64,000 nt of DNA, from the NCBI GenBank assembly GCA_964247055.1, contig OZ176050.1, positions 13,144,001 through 13,208,000 on the forward strand. Direction: 5' to 3'. Under the pieces are notes generated by a model. It worked only from the letters and a program-made list of their open reading frames with translations. It was not told where the DNA came from and searched no databases. A program made the position numbers and the translations under genes. Every line of letters begins with the position of its first letter. The first letter of the stretch is position 1. Below are positions 28,188-41,175 of the stretch, in pieces. This DNA comes from Paragordius varius. Lineage: Eukaryota > Animalia > Nematomorpha.

Positions 28188-30518
28188 ATTTACTTTAAAG
28201 GATTGTTGCACCCACTATGTTCTGTTATTTTCCGGATATAATTAAAACATTTTTATTTCAACAAATAAGTTGATTATGAAATAAAACACAGGTGCCAGTT
28301 TTTTCTCACTGACTTCCAAACCATATTTGATAAGCGTATTCACAAAATATACGATGAAATGTGTTAAAACATTTATCATTGCATTAAAATCCGTTAATGG
28401 TACACGTAAAAGGGGCCGAAGAAGGATAAGGTGGATGGACAATATTATATAAAAACCCAATGCAACCTTGGCAGAACTTAAAAAAATCGTAATCTATGGA
28501 GAAGTTTATTTTACAATGTTGCAAAAAGTCGACCTCGACTATAGTAATACCCAAACACAATATATGTATTTAAACAATATTTTCGCCTTTTATTTAATTA
28601 TGTATATTTAATAACTGTCTGTCACGCGTCATTCTGACTTAATCAAAACAATTATCAGTGATTCGGCGGAACTTCATATATTTTTTAACTAAGGATAAAA
28701 TTATAAGATAAATATTGCAGTATTTTAACTAATAAAAGTAACCTCGAAACCCCCCTTTCATTCTTTTATTTGCCTTCATCCGGGATCTATTATTTGTCTC
28801 AGTTAAAAAAATATATAGTAAAGCTCTTAATCTTATTTTAATCGTACAACTTTTATTCTCAAAAATAGATTTCATAAAATATGGTTATTAAAATTGATGA
28901 TTATTATTTTAACTTGCATGATTTTGACTGCTGAAACGTTTTAAATGTTAGACAGTTTTAATATCCCTATACTACAGTGGTTCCCAAAAGAGGGGCAACG
29001 CCATCTTGTGCTGTGTAGAAAAATCTAGGAGGGGCGCGAAAAATTTGGAAAATTAAATTATAAAATATAACTAGAAACAAATTATCGTGTAAAAAAGGTG
29101 CAAATTATCAATATTTGTCCCAGATATGCAGAAAATATTTCAGCAATCGCAGGTAAAAGGATCTCATTGATTAGGATTTTTATCATATAATTTTGCATTT
29201 TTGTTTAAGAGTATATTTTTTTGGTGGGGCGTGAATAAAAAAAGGTTGCGAGCTAGTGAAAACAGGGGCCAATTTGAAAATGACACCTAATACATTGTAG
29301 ATAAAAATAGAGATAATATGGCACGAATTTATTGATTCCAATGCCTAATTTCGTGAACCTTGATATATTGGAAAAGTTATTATACTTCTATCTGATCAGT
29401 TATCAAATATATTTTTTGCAAAATTTCAATGAGAAGGCTACATGTTGCCTAGAAAATGACAAAAGACAATTTATAACTTTTTTAAGTAAATCAGGCTAAA
29501 AATAAGGACATTTGCAAAATTGGCTAGACTATGCGGAGAATTAAAAAATGTTTAATAAATACCGTTGTTAAATTATAAACGACCTGCACATTATCATTGT
29601 AATTTTTTTTATGAATTTTAATTTTCTTAATATAACTTTATTTCATTCCAACTCACCAATCGTCCATAACTCAACATTTACCTAATCAAACTCTACTCCT
29701 TTCCCAACATGAGTCAACACTTTTTCAAGCAAAGGCAATGTTTTAAAATTAAACCTAACGCTTAACTTATAATTTTCAAGCATTTGAAAGTTTAGTAAGC
29801 AAGTATAGTCGCTTAATCTTAAATTTTTTAGTTATCTTAATTGTTTAAGCGTTTAATTAAAATATTTTAATATAAACCAAAGCTTGAACCAAACTTTAAC
29901 AGTTTTGCAATTTAAATTAGCAATAAAAACTTCAAAATTTATTATTCATACATGTATTTAACATTTGAATGATAAAATAAAAGTTATTAAGGTTTAAATC
30001 AAAAATAAGTGTAGAGTTTCATGAAAAAAATGTTGTATGGTTGTAAAAAGGTATATATGGGCTGTGTACCATATAATAACAATTTGATGACTGCTTAAAA
30101 CATAAGATATTCTAAAATAAATACATAAAAAATTTGAGAAATTCAGAGCCATAAAAACATTTAAGGCCGCGTTTGACTACCACTGATATAATCAGAGACC
30201 ATATTAAATATTTTAATTATACAAAGGGGTTCTGTAAAAAATTAATATAAGTAAACTTTTTTTGATGAAGGTTATATTACCTAACAACCGCGCCAAACGT
30301 TCGAACTCTCCTATTAATAATCAAAAAATTTTCTGTATATTTTTTAGATATGCGCGAATCAGATTTGCAGCATTGATGATCGTATTATCTATATTTTTCA
30401 AACTCCCCGTTAAAATATTTGCTTTATTCGTGTGCAAGTTATTACATTTTTAAGGCATTCGTTACCATCTCATAATTTTGAATTTAACTTACGACCAACA
30501 GTGCTCTCATATGATAAA

Positions 30519-33500
30519 ATGGGCCGTAGATCAAAATCACGATCAAGGAGTAAGGAGCGTAAAAAGGAAAAGTTATAATACTTTGTAAATTATAGGAAGC
30601 ACAAAGATCACAGAAAGACTTCAGATAAAGATTATCATCATAAATCGTCAAAATCGTCTCATGCAGATAAAGAACGCACATCTGAAAAATCGAAACATAT
30701 GCCCGCCAAAATAACAAAAGGTTTTATTGTATAATAATTTTAGATATCAAATTAGCTTCAAATCCAGATAACCCATTAGAAAAAGTGAAAATAATGGATT
30801 CATTAAATTCCACAGGATTTAGCTCTCAAAGCTTTGTATCTTCCAAGGTATTGATATTTTAAATTAAATTATTTTTCAAAATTGCATAATTTTCTCGAAT
30901 CACTAAGTATATTGCACTCTTGACAAGATTTAGAAATGAAATTTTACCGAGCGTTTATTAATATATATACAAATTGAAATAATTAATTAAAAATTTTGAA
31001 GAATCAATATTTTTCGTTGATATGCATATAATTGTTCTTCTATTATCCCTTAAACAGCAGGGGTGGTTTGACTTACATTATATTTTTAATTTAACCATTT
31101 TTTTCCGTCAACTATGTATAACTATCCTAAAATATTTACTTACATGTGCAATAAATTGATTAATATGCCGTTGGTCTCCTAATCATATAAATTAAAACCT
31201 TATATTCTGTGGTCCGTATCATTTCATTTAATTACAACTTAAATAATGGGTTATCATAGTGGCCAACTATTACAAAATATTATTTCCTGACATCAAACCC
31301 AGGTATATCGAGATGTATCAAATAGCAGACCAAGGTCGCCACTGTCCACAAAAGATGTCCCTTGCTGCACTTCCATACACCATTCAATGGTGGTTCAAAA
31401 ACAACCACCTAGTTGCGTCCGGGCTGAGGTTAGGTTTAAGGATATAATGATACGTTATAAATGAATAAATTAATGTTGTTTCATTTTTGATGAGAATTAA
31501 TGTTTAAATTGCCTAGCTTTCCTATGTTGGTAAGTTAGGCCAACACATGAAATAATTAGGTAAAACCTTATTTTCTATATGTTGCACCCTATTTGCACAT
31601 TAATACCTGTAATGATATAGCATTGTTATACAAGCTGTGAGTAATGTCATTATTGTGTTATTCATCCAGATATTTTTACCATATCTGGGTGCTGATATTC
31701 CACTGTTTATAGGCCTATCCGTTGGGTCGGTACCTGTGCATATGGAAAATTATCTGGATTCTCTGTCCGTTGCCCTCCATCTGGCCTCACGTCTTTGCGC
31801 TCTGCTCGCTACCAGGCGACGCAGGCGCTTTTGTAATCTTTTGCCTTTATATAACTCGATTTCCTCGATGAGTTCATTTCGTATTTTATCGCTTAGAGAT
31901 TTTATGTACTTAAGACTGCATCAATGATTCTATCGTGCAATTCTACCATACTATGATCGTTTATATTTCCATTGATCTTTACCCATATTCCATTCCAGTG
32001 CCTTTAAAGGCAAATGTTTACATGTGTGATAAAGAATGAGTGTTTAGGTTGCTTAGCTATACCATTTGCACTTCAAGAGTGTCCTTGAACACTTCAAGTT
32101 GGTCCTTGAACAATTCAAGTTGGTTCTTGAAAACTTCAAGTTGGTCCTTAAAATTTATAAATTTTAATTTAACCATAATTTTTGCATTTATTTTTTTATT
32201 TTATTATTTATTAACCTAATTTTCTTTATTTATTATATTTATTCATTTAAAAATAAAATTTTTAATTTAAAAAACTATTTTGTTTCAAACTATTTTTTTT
32301 CAATTAAACAAAATTGTTGACGTTTAAATGTTTTTAATGAAAAATATTAATTAACCCAGAAAACTTATATATTTTTTCATTTCGTGGTAAAATATTATAA
32401 ATATCCAAAATTATTTAAAAAATTAATAAAGATATACGGTTTCTCAAAGATTAAAAGTTGATATCGATTAAAAATTCATGTTATAAAAGAAAATAGGTTA
32501 ACAATAAAATAGATGAAATATTTACGATTTGAATGATAAAAGTTAAAAACTAAACAAAAAAGTCAAAGGACCAGCTTGAAGTGTTCAAGGACCAACTTGA
32601 AATGTTCAAGAACCAACTTGAATTGTTCAAGGTCCAACTTGAATTGTTCAAGGACCAACTTGAATTGTTCAAGGACCAACTTGAATTGTTTAAGGGCCAA
32701 CTTGAACTGTTCAAATTCCAAATTGAAGTGTTCAAGGACACTCTTGAAGTGCAAATGGTATATCTCAGGCCGGTAACTTCTTAGCCCAATACAAAACCTA
32801 TTTATGATTCACACATAGCCATATCCAAAAATAATAAGAGTAAGTCCTACATTCTATATGTTAAACCCTGTGCGTATTAATACGTGTAATGATAGCATAA
32901 TTGTTCAAGGGGGTAAATAATGTCATTAGTGTCCTAGTCATCCAAATATTATCATTATATCTGGTTGTAGGTGTGTCATTAGGGTCAGTGTTTGGGGCTA
33001 TGGGTAATAGTCGGGAATCCCTGTTGGTTGACCTTCTTCTAGCCTCCCGTGTTCGCGCTCTAGCTCGCTCTAGGCGACGCAAGCGCTTTCGTTCTCTTTT
33101 GTCTTTATATGACACGATTTCTTCTTCGATAAGTTCCTTCTTTACTTTCCCGCTCAGGTGTTTCCAGGTCCCATTCACCACTGCATCAACGAATCTCTTA
33201 TCGGATAATCCTACGCGGTTCATGAATAGCGCAATTCTTCCATACCATGATCGTTTGTATTTCCAGTGCGCGTTATCCAACTTCCATTCCAATGTGTCTC
33301 GCAGGGGGCTCCTAAAATTATGACTAATTCGATGGGCCATTATGTTCAGACCAGCTAGGGGAATAGCTAGGCGTATGGGTAGCATCATTGTTTTTTTGTG
33401 GAGGTAGCAAGTGGGTAGTTGTGAGTTTTTTGACGGCGCGTATGTTTCGCCAGTGATGCGTCGGAGGCATTTATTTATGAAAACCTGTATTTTTCGGGTG

Positions 33501-36500
33501 TGTTTATGGGTGGTGCGCCATATTGAAATGCCATGTGTTATGCGGGGAATAATTAAGCATTTGAAGATTTTAAGTTTCAGTTTAAGCCCTACCATTTTCG
33601 ATTGCCACAAGCTGCCAAGTGCCTTAACACACCATGAAAGGTCTTAAACACGAATGTCCGCTCTTTCTCAAACTGTTTAACTTAGCAATGTATAAAATCA
33701 TCCATAAGCTATATGCTCTATTCAATAATGAATTCTTCCACATCCTATGTATCCGGATTACCTTTGCATCATTACGGACTCACAGGATCTGCTACAATCT
33801 GTACTCAACAGTTAACAGAACCATCTACATAAGATAAATTTATTTATCAACTTTTCCAAAACCAAATCAATGGTTACGGGAGAATACAACAGACCGTTAT
33901 CCCTAGACGATGGCACCATTGAGGTTGTTAGCAAGTTTCGCTACCTAGGCATTGAGATAGACAATCAAGCCGTGGAATGTTGCTCTAAGAGAAACATGGC
34001 GAACCTGATCTTTAACGGTCTTGGTGGCTTATGGCAATCGAAAAAGGTAGGGCTCAAACTGAAACTCAGAGTCTTTAAATGCTTAATTATTCTCCGCATA
34101 ACATATAGTATTTCAATATGGCGCATCACCCATAAACACACCCGAAAAATACAGGTTTTCATAAATAAATGTTTCCGACGCATTACTGGCGACACATACA
34201 CTCCGTCGAAAAGCTCTCAACTACCCACCTGCTATCTCCACAAAAAACAACAACGATGCTTCCCATACGCCTGGCTATCCCTCTAGCTGATCTGAACATA
34301 TTGGTCCATCAAATTCGGCATAATTCTAGGAGCCCCCTGGGAGACGCATTGGAATAGAAGTTGAATAACGCGCACTGGAAATACAAACAATCATGGTATG
34401 GAAGAATTGGGCTATTCGTAAACCGCGTGGGATTATCCGATAATAGATTCGTTGATGCAGTGGTGAATGGGACCTGGAAATACCTGAGCGGGAAAGTAAA
34501 GAAGGAACTTATCGAAGAAGAAATCGTGTTATATAAGGATAATGGAGAACGAAAGCGCCTGCGGCGTCTGGAGCTAGCTAGAGCGCGAAGACGGGAGGCT
34601 AGAAGAAGTGCAACCAACAGGGATTCCCGGCAATTACCCATAGCCCCAAACGCCGACCCTAAGGACATGCCTACAAGCATTAACATACCTACAACCATGT
34701 ATAATGATAATATCTGGATGACCAGGACACTAATGGCATTATTTACCCCTTGAACAACTATGCTATCATTACAGGTATTAATACGTACATAGGTTCAGCA
34801 TATAGAATATAGGACTTACTCTTTTTATTTTTGGATATAGCTAGGATGATTTGAATTATAAATAGGTTTTGTATTGAATTAAGAAGTTACCAGCCTAAGA
34901 TAGCTAAGCAACCTAAACACTCATTCTTTATCACACATAAACTTTTATCTTTAAAGGCACTGTGAAAGTTGGGTAAAGATCACTGGAATTTTAAACGATC
35001 ATAAAATGAAATTGCACGATAAATTCATTGATGTAGTCTCGAGTACCTAAAATCTCTAAGCGGTAAACTAAGGAATGAATTCATCGAGGAAATCGATATC
35101 AAGGCAAAAGAAGACAAAAGCGCCTGCGTCGCCTGGTAGCGAGCCAGATCGCAAAGACATGAGGCCAGATAGAGGGCAACCAGCAGAGAACCAGATAAAT
35201 CTTCATAAGCACAGATACCGACCCACCCATATCCGATGAAAATATCTGACAATAATGACATTACTCACAGCTTGAATTATTTTGCTATCATTACAGGTAT
35301 TAGTGTGCTAATAGAGTACAACATATAGAAAAATAGGGCTTAACCTATTTATTTCATGTGTTGGACCAACCTAGGATAGCTGGGCAACATAAACATTTAT
35401 ACTTAATGAAACAACATCAGTTAGACATGGCGACATTTATAACGTATCATTATATCCTTAGACGTAACCCCGAAGCCAATAGGTAGGTGTCACTGAACCA
35501 CCATTGACTGGTGTATGAAAGTGCAGCAAGAGACATCTTTTGTGGACAGTCCTAGGTCTGCCACACCTTTTTCTTGATACATACACCTTAATACTTTATT
35601 ACCTTTTCACTTTTTTGTCTTAGTTTCGGGTAGTTTTATATCTCAGAGCTTAATTTTGTAAATAAACTACATTTTGGAAGTTATTGGTAAAATTTAATTA
35701 TCAAACATTTTTCTCATGTATTAGATAAAAAAGCTTGTCTTTCAGTTTTGTCACTTCTAGAGTTTAAAATTGGGTCCAAATTACGACTGAAACTTACAGC
35801 TGATATTAAAATCAAAATGTATAAAGTTATTGCTGGTAAAATGTATCCTGAAAGATTTTTGAAGTTAATTATTTACATTCTAACATAATAGACATTTATT
35901 TGCCTGTTCCATTAATAATTTAAAAAAACCATAGGATGAGGTTTTTTTACAATTTTACTTTTTTTTCGCATAAAAAAATGCGAATTAACAACTTAAGAAA
36001 GCATATTTTCAAATTTGGCATACTCTGGGATATAAAACTACCCCAAAAGGCGATGGAGTGTTAATGTTTATCAATATTATAAATAATACAGTGCGATAAA
36101 TACACTATACAACAATTTTTCCCGTCATTCAAGTTTTCAGCATTTCCTGATATTTATTATCATTCTAACAGTAAATTTGAATAAAAAATTATAATTCCAT
36201 TTAAGAATTTTGTATAATTTGATTTTTATGATTATGCACCATTTTTAACAAAATTTTAGGAATGTTTTTTATTAAAAATATACCGCAAATGCCCATGTAA
36301 TATATCATACGAAAGAGGGATAGAACTCTATATAATACATATTAATATGTTTTACATCGATAATTAATATTGGACATAAGAAGCGACAAACCCGCGAAGC
36401 TAGAGCGTTTTTTATTAATATAATTTTAAAATTAATGGATGAAAATAAAAAAGATAACAGAAGAAAGTTTTTTTAAATTAAAGCACTATTGCCTTTATGA

Positions 36501-39143
36501 CATTCAAAACAGCTATTAAGTTTTTTGTTTTTAAAAAATTTACATTTCATCAATATAAATTTATTTTCTTTAGGAGGCTTATAATATTAAAATTTTAATG
36601 ACTAAAAACAAAGTTAGAGGTATTTTTAATTTTGTTAACGATTATATAATAAATTACAATTATAACTAGCATTTTAGTATCCACTAGAAAATAATTTAAA
36701 TAATTAAAAAGGCAAACCAAGCTTTTTCATAGATTTTTTTAACTTTGTTACTAATGTAACCCTAATAATTATATTAAAATAATTTATATGATTTTTAAAT
36801 TTGTATGTCTGTAAAAATTTAGGACTTTTTTAAAGGTTTCAAATTGGCCATCCCAAATAACTTTTACATCAGATTGATTTAAATGACCAACCATTCGAAA
36901 GATACAGTATTTTGCGCTCTCGAATGATATAAAATACATGGCTAAATATCTAAAACTTTCAATTTTGAATTTTGAGTTTATTGTTAAATCTGGGCCAAAA
37001 GTTTCTGTAACTAATAAAATAAATTCTTAAATATTAAACCAATTTTTTTTAGATATTACTATTTATGTATTTATATAAAATAAATTTTGTATATACTAGC
37101 ATGGCACTTATAAACAGTCAAAATTTGTTGTCTAATGATTTATATATTAAAATTTTAATTATTAATATTTTAACTTATATAATGTTAAACCAGCGGTGTT
37201 TAACACAAACGGCTTCGCGGGCTGCATTTTTAGAGCTCGAAAAATTCGGCAGGCCGCATTTAAAAATAAATAAAAATGGAGATCAAATATTTTATTATAT
37301 TTCAATCATATAACTGACCACGATATATCTGCTAAGCTTTTTAATTTTTGTTTAATCGATATATTTGGATTTGCCTTCATTTTTAATTAAGTATTAAGTT
37401 TATTTTCAATATAGAAAATTGAATCTAGTGATTTTTATTACGGTTAAAGTAAATATTGTAAATTTTTTGATTTTATTAAGATAATATCTTAAATTATCAA
37501 TACAACATTTGTTTTTTTTAGTTCGCGTCCTGTAAAAGTTTTAGATGTTGATACCACTTTGATAATCAAAGAATAATTAATCGAAAAAGGTCATTAAAAA
37601 TTTAATAAAATACACAATTAGAAATTTACAGCGGGCTAAGTACCAAAATATTTTTGGATTAAAAAATGCTATTTTTATTCAAAGTGTTTTTTTTTAAATT
37701 ATTCAATCAATCGAATTTATTTAAGTTAAATAACCATTTGACCTCACATTATAAATACAAAATAAACAAATTTAATAAGACAAAACGTTAAAACTAAAAT
37801 AAAAAACATCCATATTTTTCCAACCTTATATTTTCTAACCTAATATAAGCTATCGTTTGGGGGTGTAAAATAAATAAATAAATAACTTAAATTGATAACA
37901 GACCTGATTATATATTTCGCAATTTTTTTTATTTAAAATATTAAAGTTCTAAAATACATTGATGATTTTTTAAAAAAATTTGTCTCTAACTTTTACGTTT
38001 AATTTTATTTTTACGGTAAATTTATTCAAGAACTATTTTACTATTTTTTCTCATCAGAAAAACAAAAATTCTGCTACAAACTTTTCTTCTATTGACGCAT
38101 TGAATACAATAACAGCATCTCATGACACGGCCATGTTTGCACCCTACAAAGCTGCTTTAAAAGTTAAAGAACCCAAGGAAAATCTTGCTGTTACCACAAT
38201 AGATTTGAATTCAATTCAATTACCAAGCCTTACACCTAAATCATTTACCCTTTCAAACAACAGTGACGCTAAATGGCTTATTCATAAAAAGGTGGCGCTA
38301 TTTTATCCTTTTTATACAGATCACTCTTTAGATCAGGGGGTGTTCAACACCTGACCATCCAAAAATATTTCTGATTACAATACGAAATCTTAATTGGTTT
38401 TGTTAAATAGGCTTTCTGAATAAATCTCAATGAACTGGCAAAATATCTCAAAAAAAGAATAATTTAATTATATATTTTACGAATGCCGCCCGTTAAGCTT
38501 AGTTGTGTTAAAGATCCCTTCTTAAGAACGAATGTGCTCATCAAAAAATTTCAAAGGCCAAAAATAAAATATTTTTCTTGTCTTCGAAAGGGCTATGCAC
38601 CGCAAATACTGTAGAGTTGTTTGGCACATTTGCAGATATTTATATTTTACATATGACTGAATGAATGAGACAGCGTAGTTAATTTTTCAAATTTTTACTG
38701 GACTTTATGGACAAATTTTCTGTAGACTGATCTGTCTGAGGATAAATTGATAAGATTGGAGAAGTGTAAGGTGGGTGTCATCTGTTGTTAATTGTTTTGA
38801 TTACAGAAAATTTGTCCATGAAGTCGAACAAAAAGTTGATACGCTGTCTTTCATTATCTTATAAAAAAGAAACCAATATTGAAAATTATTAATCAGACAA
38901 AAATTAAACCCCAGAATTGAAATTTTTGCCAATTTATTTTCGCCTATAGAATCATATATGTAATTATAGTTTCTAGGTATTCAATCACGTTAATTATCTC
39001 TTTTGCAATTTATGAACCATTTTTATTTTGTTATGCATATGATATCTAATTTTTTTAACATATAGTTTCACGTATCTGAGGAAGAAAAATTGAAACAATG
39101 GCAAGACACATTCACACAAATGTTGCAAAGTGTAAAATCTTGA
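30519..39143 (+). CDS. RSRC1: RSRC1/SRrp53-like arginine/serine-rich protein (197 aa), 5 exons: 30519-30571, 30596-30720, 30744-30847, 38058-38291, 39066-39143
   Basis: N-terminus MGRRSKSRSRSKERKKEKKHKDHRK. EKVKIMDSLNSTGFSSQSFVSSK resembles the recalled human RSRC1 segment [22 protein letters not shown], and WLIHKKFHVSEEEKLKQWQDTF resembles [21 protein letters not shown]. All four junctions are GT-AG and in frame (594 nt). Orthology is from memory, not a search. Confidence 0.72.
32060..32760. mobile_element. 701-bp MITE with TA target duplication and subterminal 21-bp tandem arrays
   Basis: Termini TACCATTTGCACTTCAAGAGTGTCCTTGAACACTTCAA and its reverse complement, flanked by TA (32058-59, 32761-62). 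The empty site is visible in the other palindrome arm. About 4 repeat units on the left and 9 on the right (aaggaccaacttgaattgttc). Confidence 0.88.
32861..33610 (-). pseudogene. RTE-like RT C-terminal fragment, open 249-codon frame in the left palindrome arm
   Basis: WQSKMVGLKLKLKIFKCLIIPRITHGISIWRTTHKHTRKIQVFINKCLRRI matches the RTE post-thumb region. It has no catalytic core and no true ATG start. Confidence 0.75.
33635..34753 (+). pseudogene. Degenerate RTE-clade reverse transcriptase C-terminal half
   Basis: GLKHECPLFLKLFNL (cf. GVRQGCPLSPLLFN); decayed catalytic motif YPDY at 33750-33761 (cf. YADD); NFSKTKSM; KFRYLG; WQSKKVGLKLKLRVFKC..KIQVFINKCFRRI. Frameshifts and stops are present. 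Confidence 0.8.
36103..37137. mobile_element. ~1-kb Tc1/mariner-like MITE (CACTAGACAAC TIR family), copy 1
   Basis: TA+CACTATACAAC..GTTGTCTAATG ends; collinear with 45133-46158 along its length. Confidence 0.75.
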
Positions 39144-41064
39144 TATCCTGTTTTTATTATACAAAAACTTTGTAAATTAAAATTTTTTATATTTATTGGT
39201 ATATGTATATGTATAAATGACAAATCATCAAAAAATTAAACATTTTATGATTGATCATTATTGACTGCAGGAATCAATTGATTGAGTCTTTGTCGAAGTA
39301 CCTGCATATAAAATACAATCATTTATTTGATGCTAACTGTTTTTTGTGTTTAAAAGCTAAATTTTTATTAGACAATGATGGTTAAGAATGATTTTATGGG
39401 TGGACATATCATATATTTAAACTGGAACGCTTTCCTTCATCTTGTCACCGATTTTGAGAATACGATTTGCATCATGACCCTTTTTGAGAGAGTTAGAATT
39501 ATTTTTTGAATAAATTACGAATTCAATTCTTTCTCAATTATATATATATATATATATATGATCAATATACTCCATTTCACTTCTAATTAACCCTTAAATG
39601 ATTCAAATTCACCCTCGAATTCAAATTCAGCCTAAAATAAATTATGTATTTTTTAGATTAAAAATGACCTATAATTTTTATATAAAAGATTAAATTTTGC
39701 TTGAAATTATACTAATACTTAAAAGTTAAACTATGCCATAAAGATATATTTTATATTGAGTTATATTAGCTTTTTAGGGGAAATTTGATTTCTACAAGGG
39801 TGAATTTGAATTGCAATGAAATTTTTGGGTGCACAAGAAGTGTTCTGGTCTTTTGGACATGTCAAACTTCTTTGCAAACTATATATTGATTTAAAACTTA
39901 TTCAAAATAACCATTTATTCGCAACCCCAATGCAATTAAAACAGTAGATTTTATATACCTCAGCGCGTAATACCGCGGAAGGATGTATAGAAAATGCAAT
40001 ATAAATATATATATATTTAAAACCATGCTTAATAATTCAATATTGCATTTATAATATGAACTAAATAGTTTATATGCACTGTTTCTATCAAGCTTTTTTT
40101 TAAGGGCGTATCGTATATTTGTTAAATAAGCCCGCAAAATAATATTTCTCTAATTATGTATTGTTTTTCTCGTAAGGTTTTGCTAAAAAGTTTCAAATGA
40201 TTATTATATATCAGCGTTATATCTTTTTTAATAACATTTTTCCATCTTTAGCCTCAACTAAATATATTAGTTAACTATTAAAATTTATAAATGTAAATTT
40301 GAAATATGAGAAATAACTTTATAATTATTATTAAAGCTGAGAAAGCAATGCTAAGTTTGCTTATTGCTCATACATAGAGAACCCATTTTTATCTTAAACA
40401 AATCCTTAATATTAAACGATATCTTTTTCTACAAATTCATATAGCTTTAATATAATTATCATACACCGTCAGTAAATTTATTTAATTACATTTCATTAGC
40501 TTTAAAGGTGTTTGTCAAAAATTTTATCGGTATATTTAATTTTAATATATAATGTTTTTTACCTTTTGTCATATTTTAATAATATTTTTAAAATGATGGT
40601 TTTTTATATGACATATTTGTTGGTTAATAAAAATTCTATGGATTTATTAAAATACGCCAATGTAAATAGCTATATATATACATCCAAAACGCTTCAAAAC
40701 ATTAGAGAATCGTAAACGTTTAATTTTTTTCAAGGACAGTCGTGAATGTTTTTTGTCAACTTAGTTGTCTAAAATGATTCGCTTTTTTGACAATATGAAA
40801 AAAAAAGCCATTTTGTTTTTAATTTGTTGACCTACATCATTCTTGAATATATACGTTTTATGATATTGTGCAAATTTTTACATTAAAAAATACGATATGC
40901 CAAATAAATGTTTGATATGGTATAAAAATGTTACTTAAATTCAAATTGTAAATAAGCTTATTTTCATTAAATTTTTTAATGAAGCTTACAATAATCATGG
41001 ACAGTTTTTATTTGGATATTATGATGATATCTTTAACACAAACAATGGTATTTTTTGTAGTCTA

Positions 41065-41101
<37 letters not shown>

Positions 41102-41175
41102 CTAAAATATTCAGTAAATATAGGAATACTAATCTGGTCAGTTTTTCATATAAAAGCCTCTCCGTCGAGGAGCAT

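Larger units (their letters stand above)
31324..35561. mobile_element. Palindromic (inverted) duplication of an RTE-like non-LTR retrotransposon 3' region, inside RSRC1-like intron 3
   Basis: Left arm ~31324-33627 is the reverse complement of right arm ~34010-35561, about 85-92% identical by eye. Each arm carries a tandem repeat of the element's 3' segment. Confidence 0.85.

Noticed and set aside
32568-32756. CRISPR-like repeat array
   Set aside because: Head-to-tail repeats with no unique spacers, in a eukaryotic intron context, with no cas genes.
32550-32784. Perfect heptad leucine-zipper ORFs (FKDQLEL)n and their antisense frames
   Set aside because: By-product of the 21-bp (7-codon) subterminal repeat of a MITE bounded by TIRs and a TSD.
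32901-35261. ORFs 31637-31927, 32901-33323, 33411-33647, 33965-34201, 34309-34698, 35025-35261
   Set aside because: Antisense or shadow frames of the RTE-derived arms.
31324-35561. Penelope-like element with pseudo-LTRs and hammerhead ribozyme
   Set aside because: The architecture is reminiscent, but the RT motifs look RTE-like, and I saw no GIY-YIG remnant or CTGATGA..GAAA core by eye.
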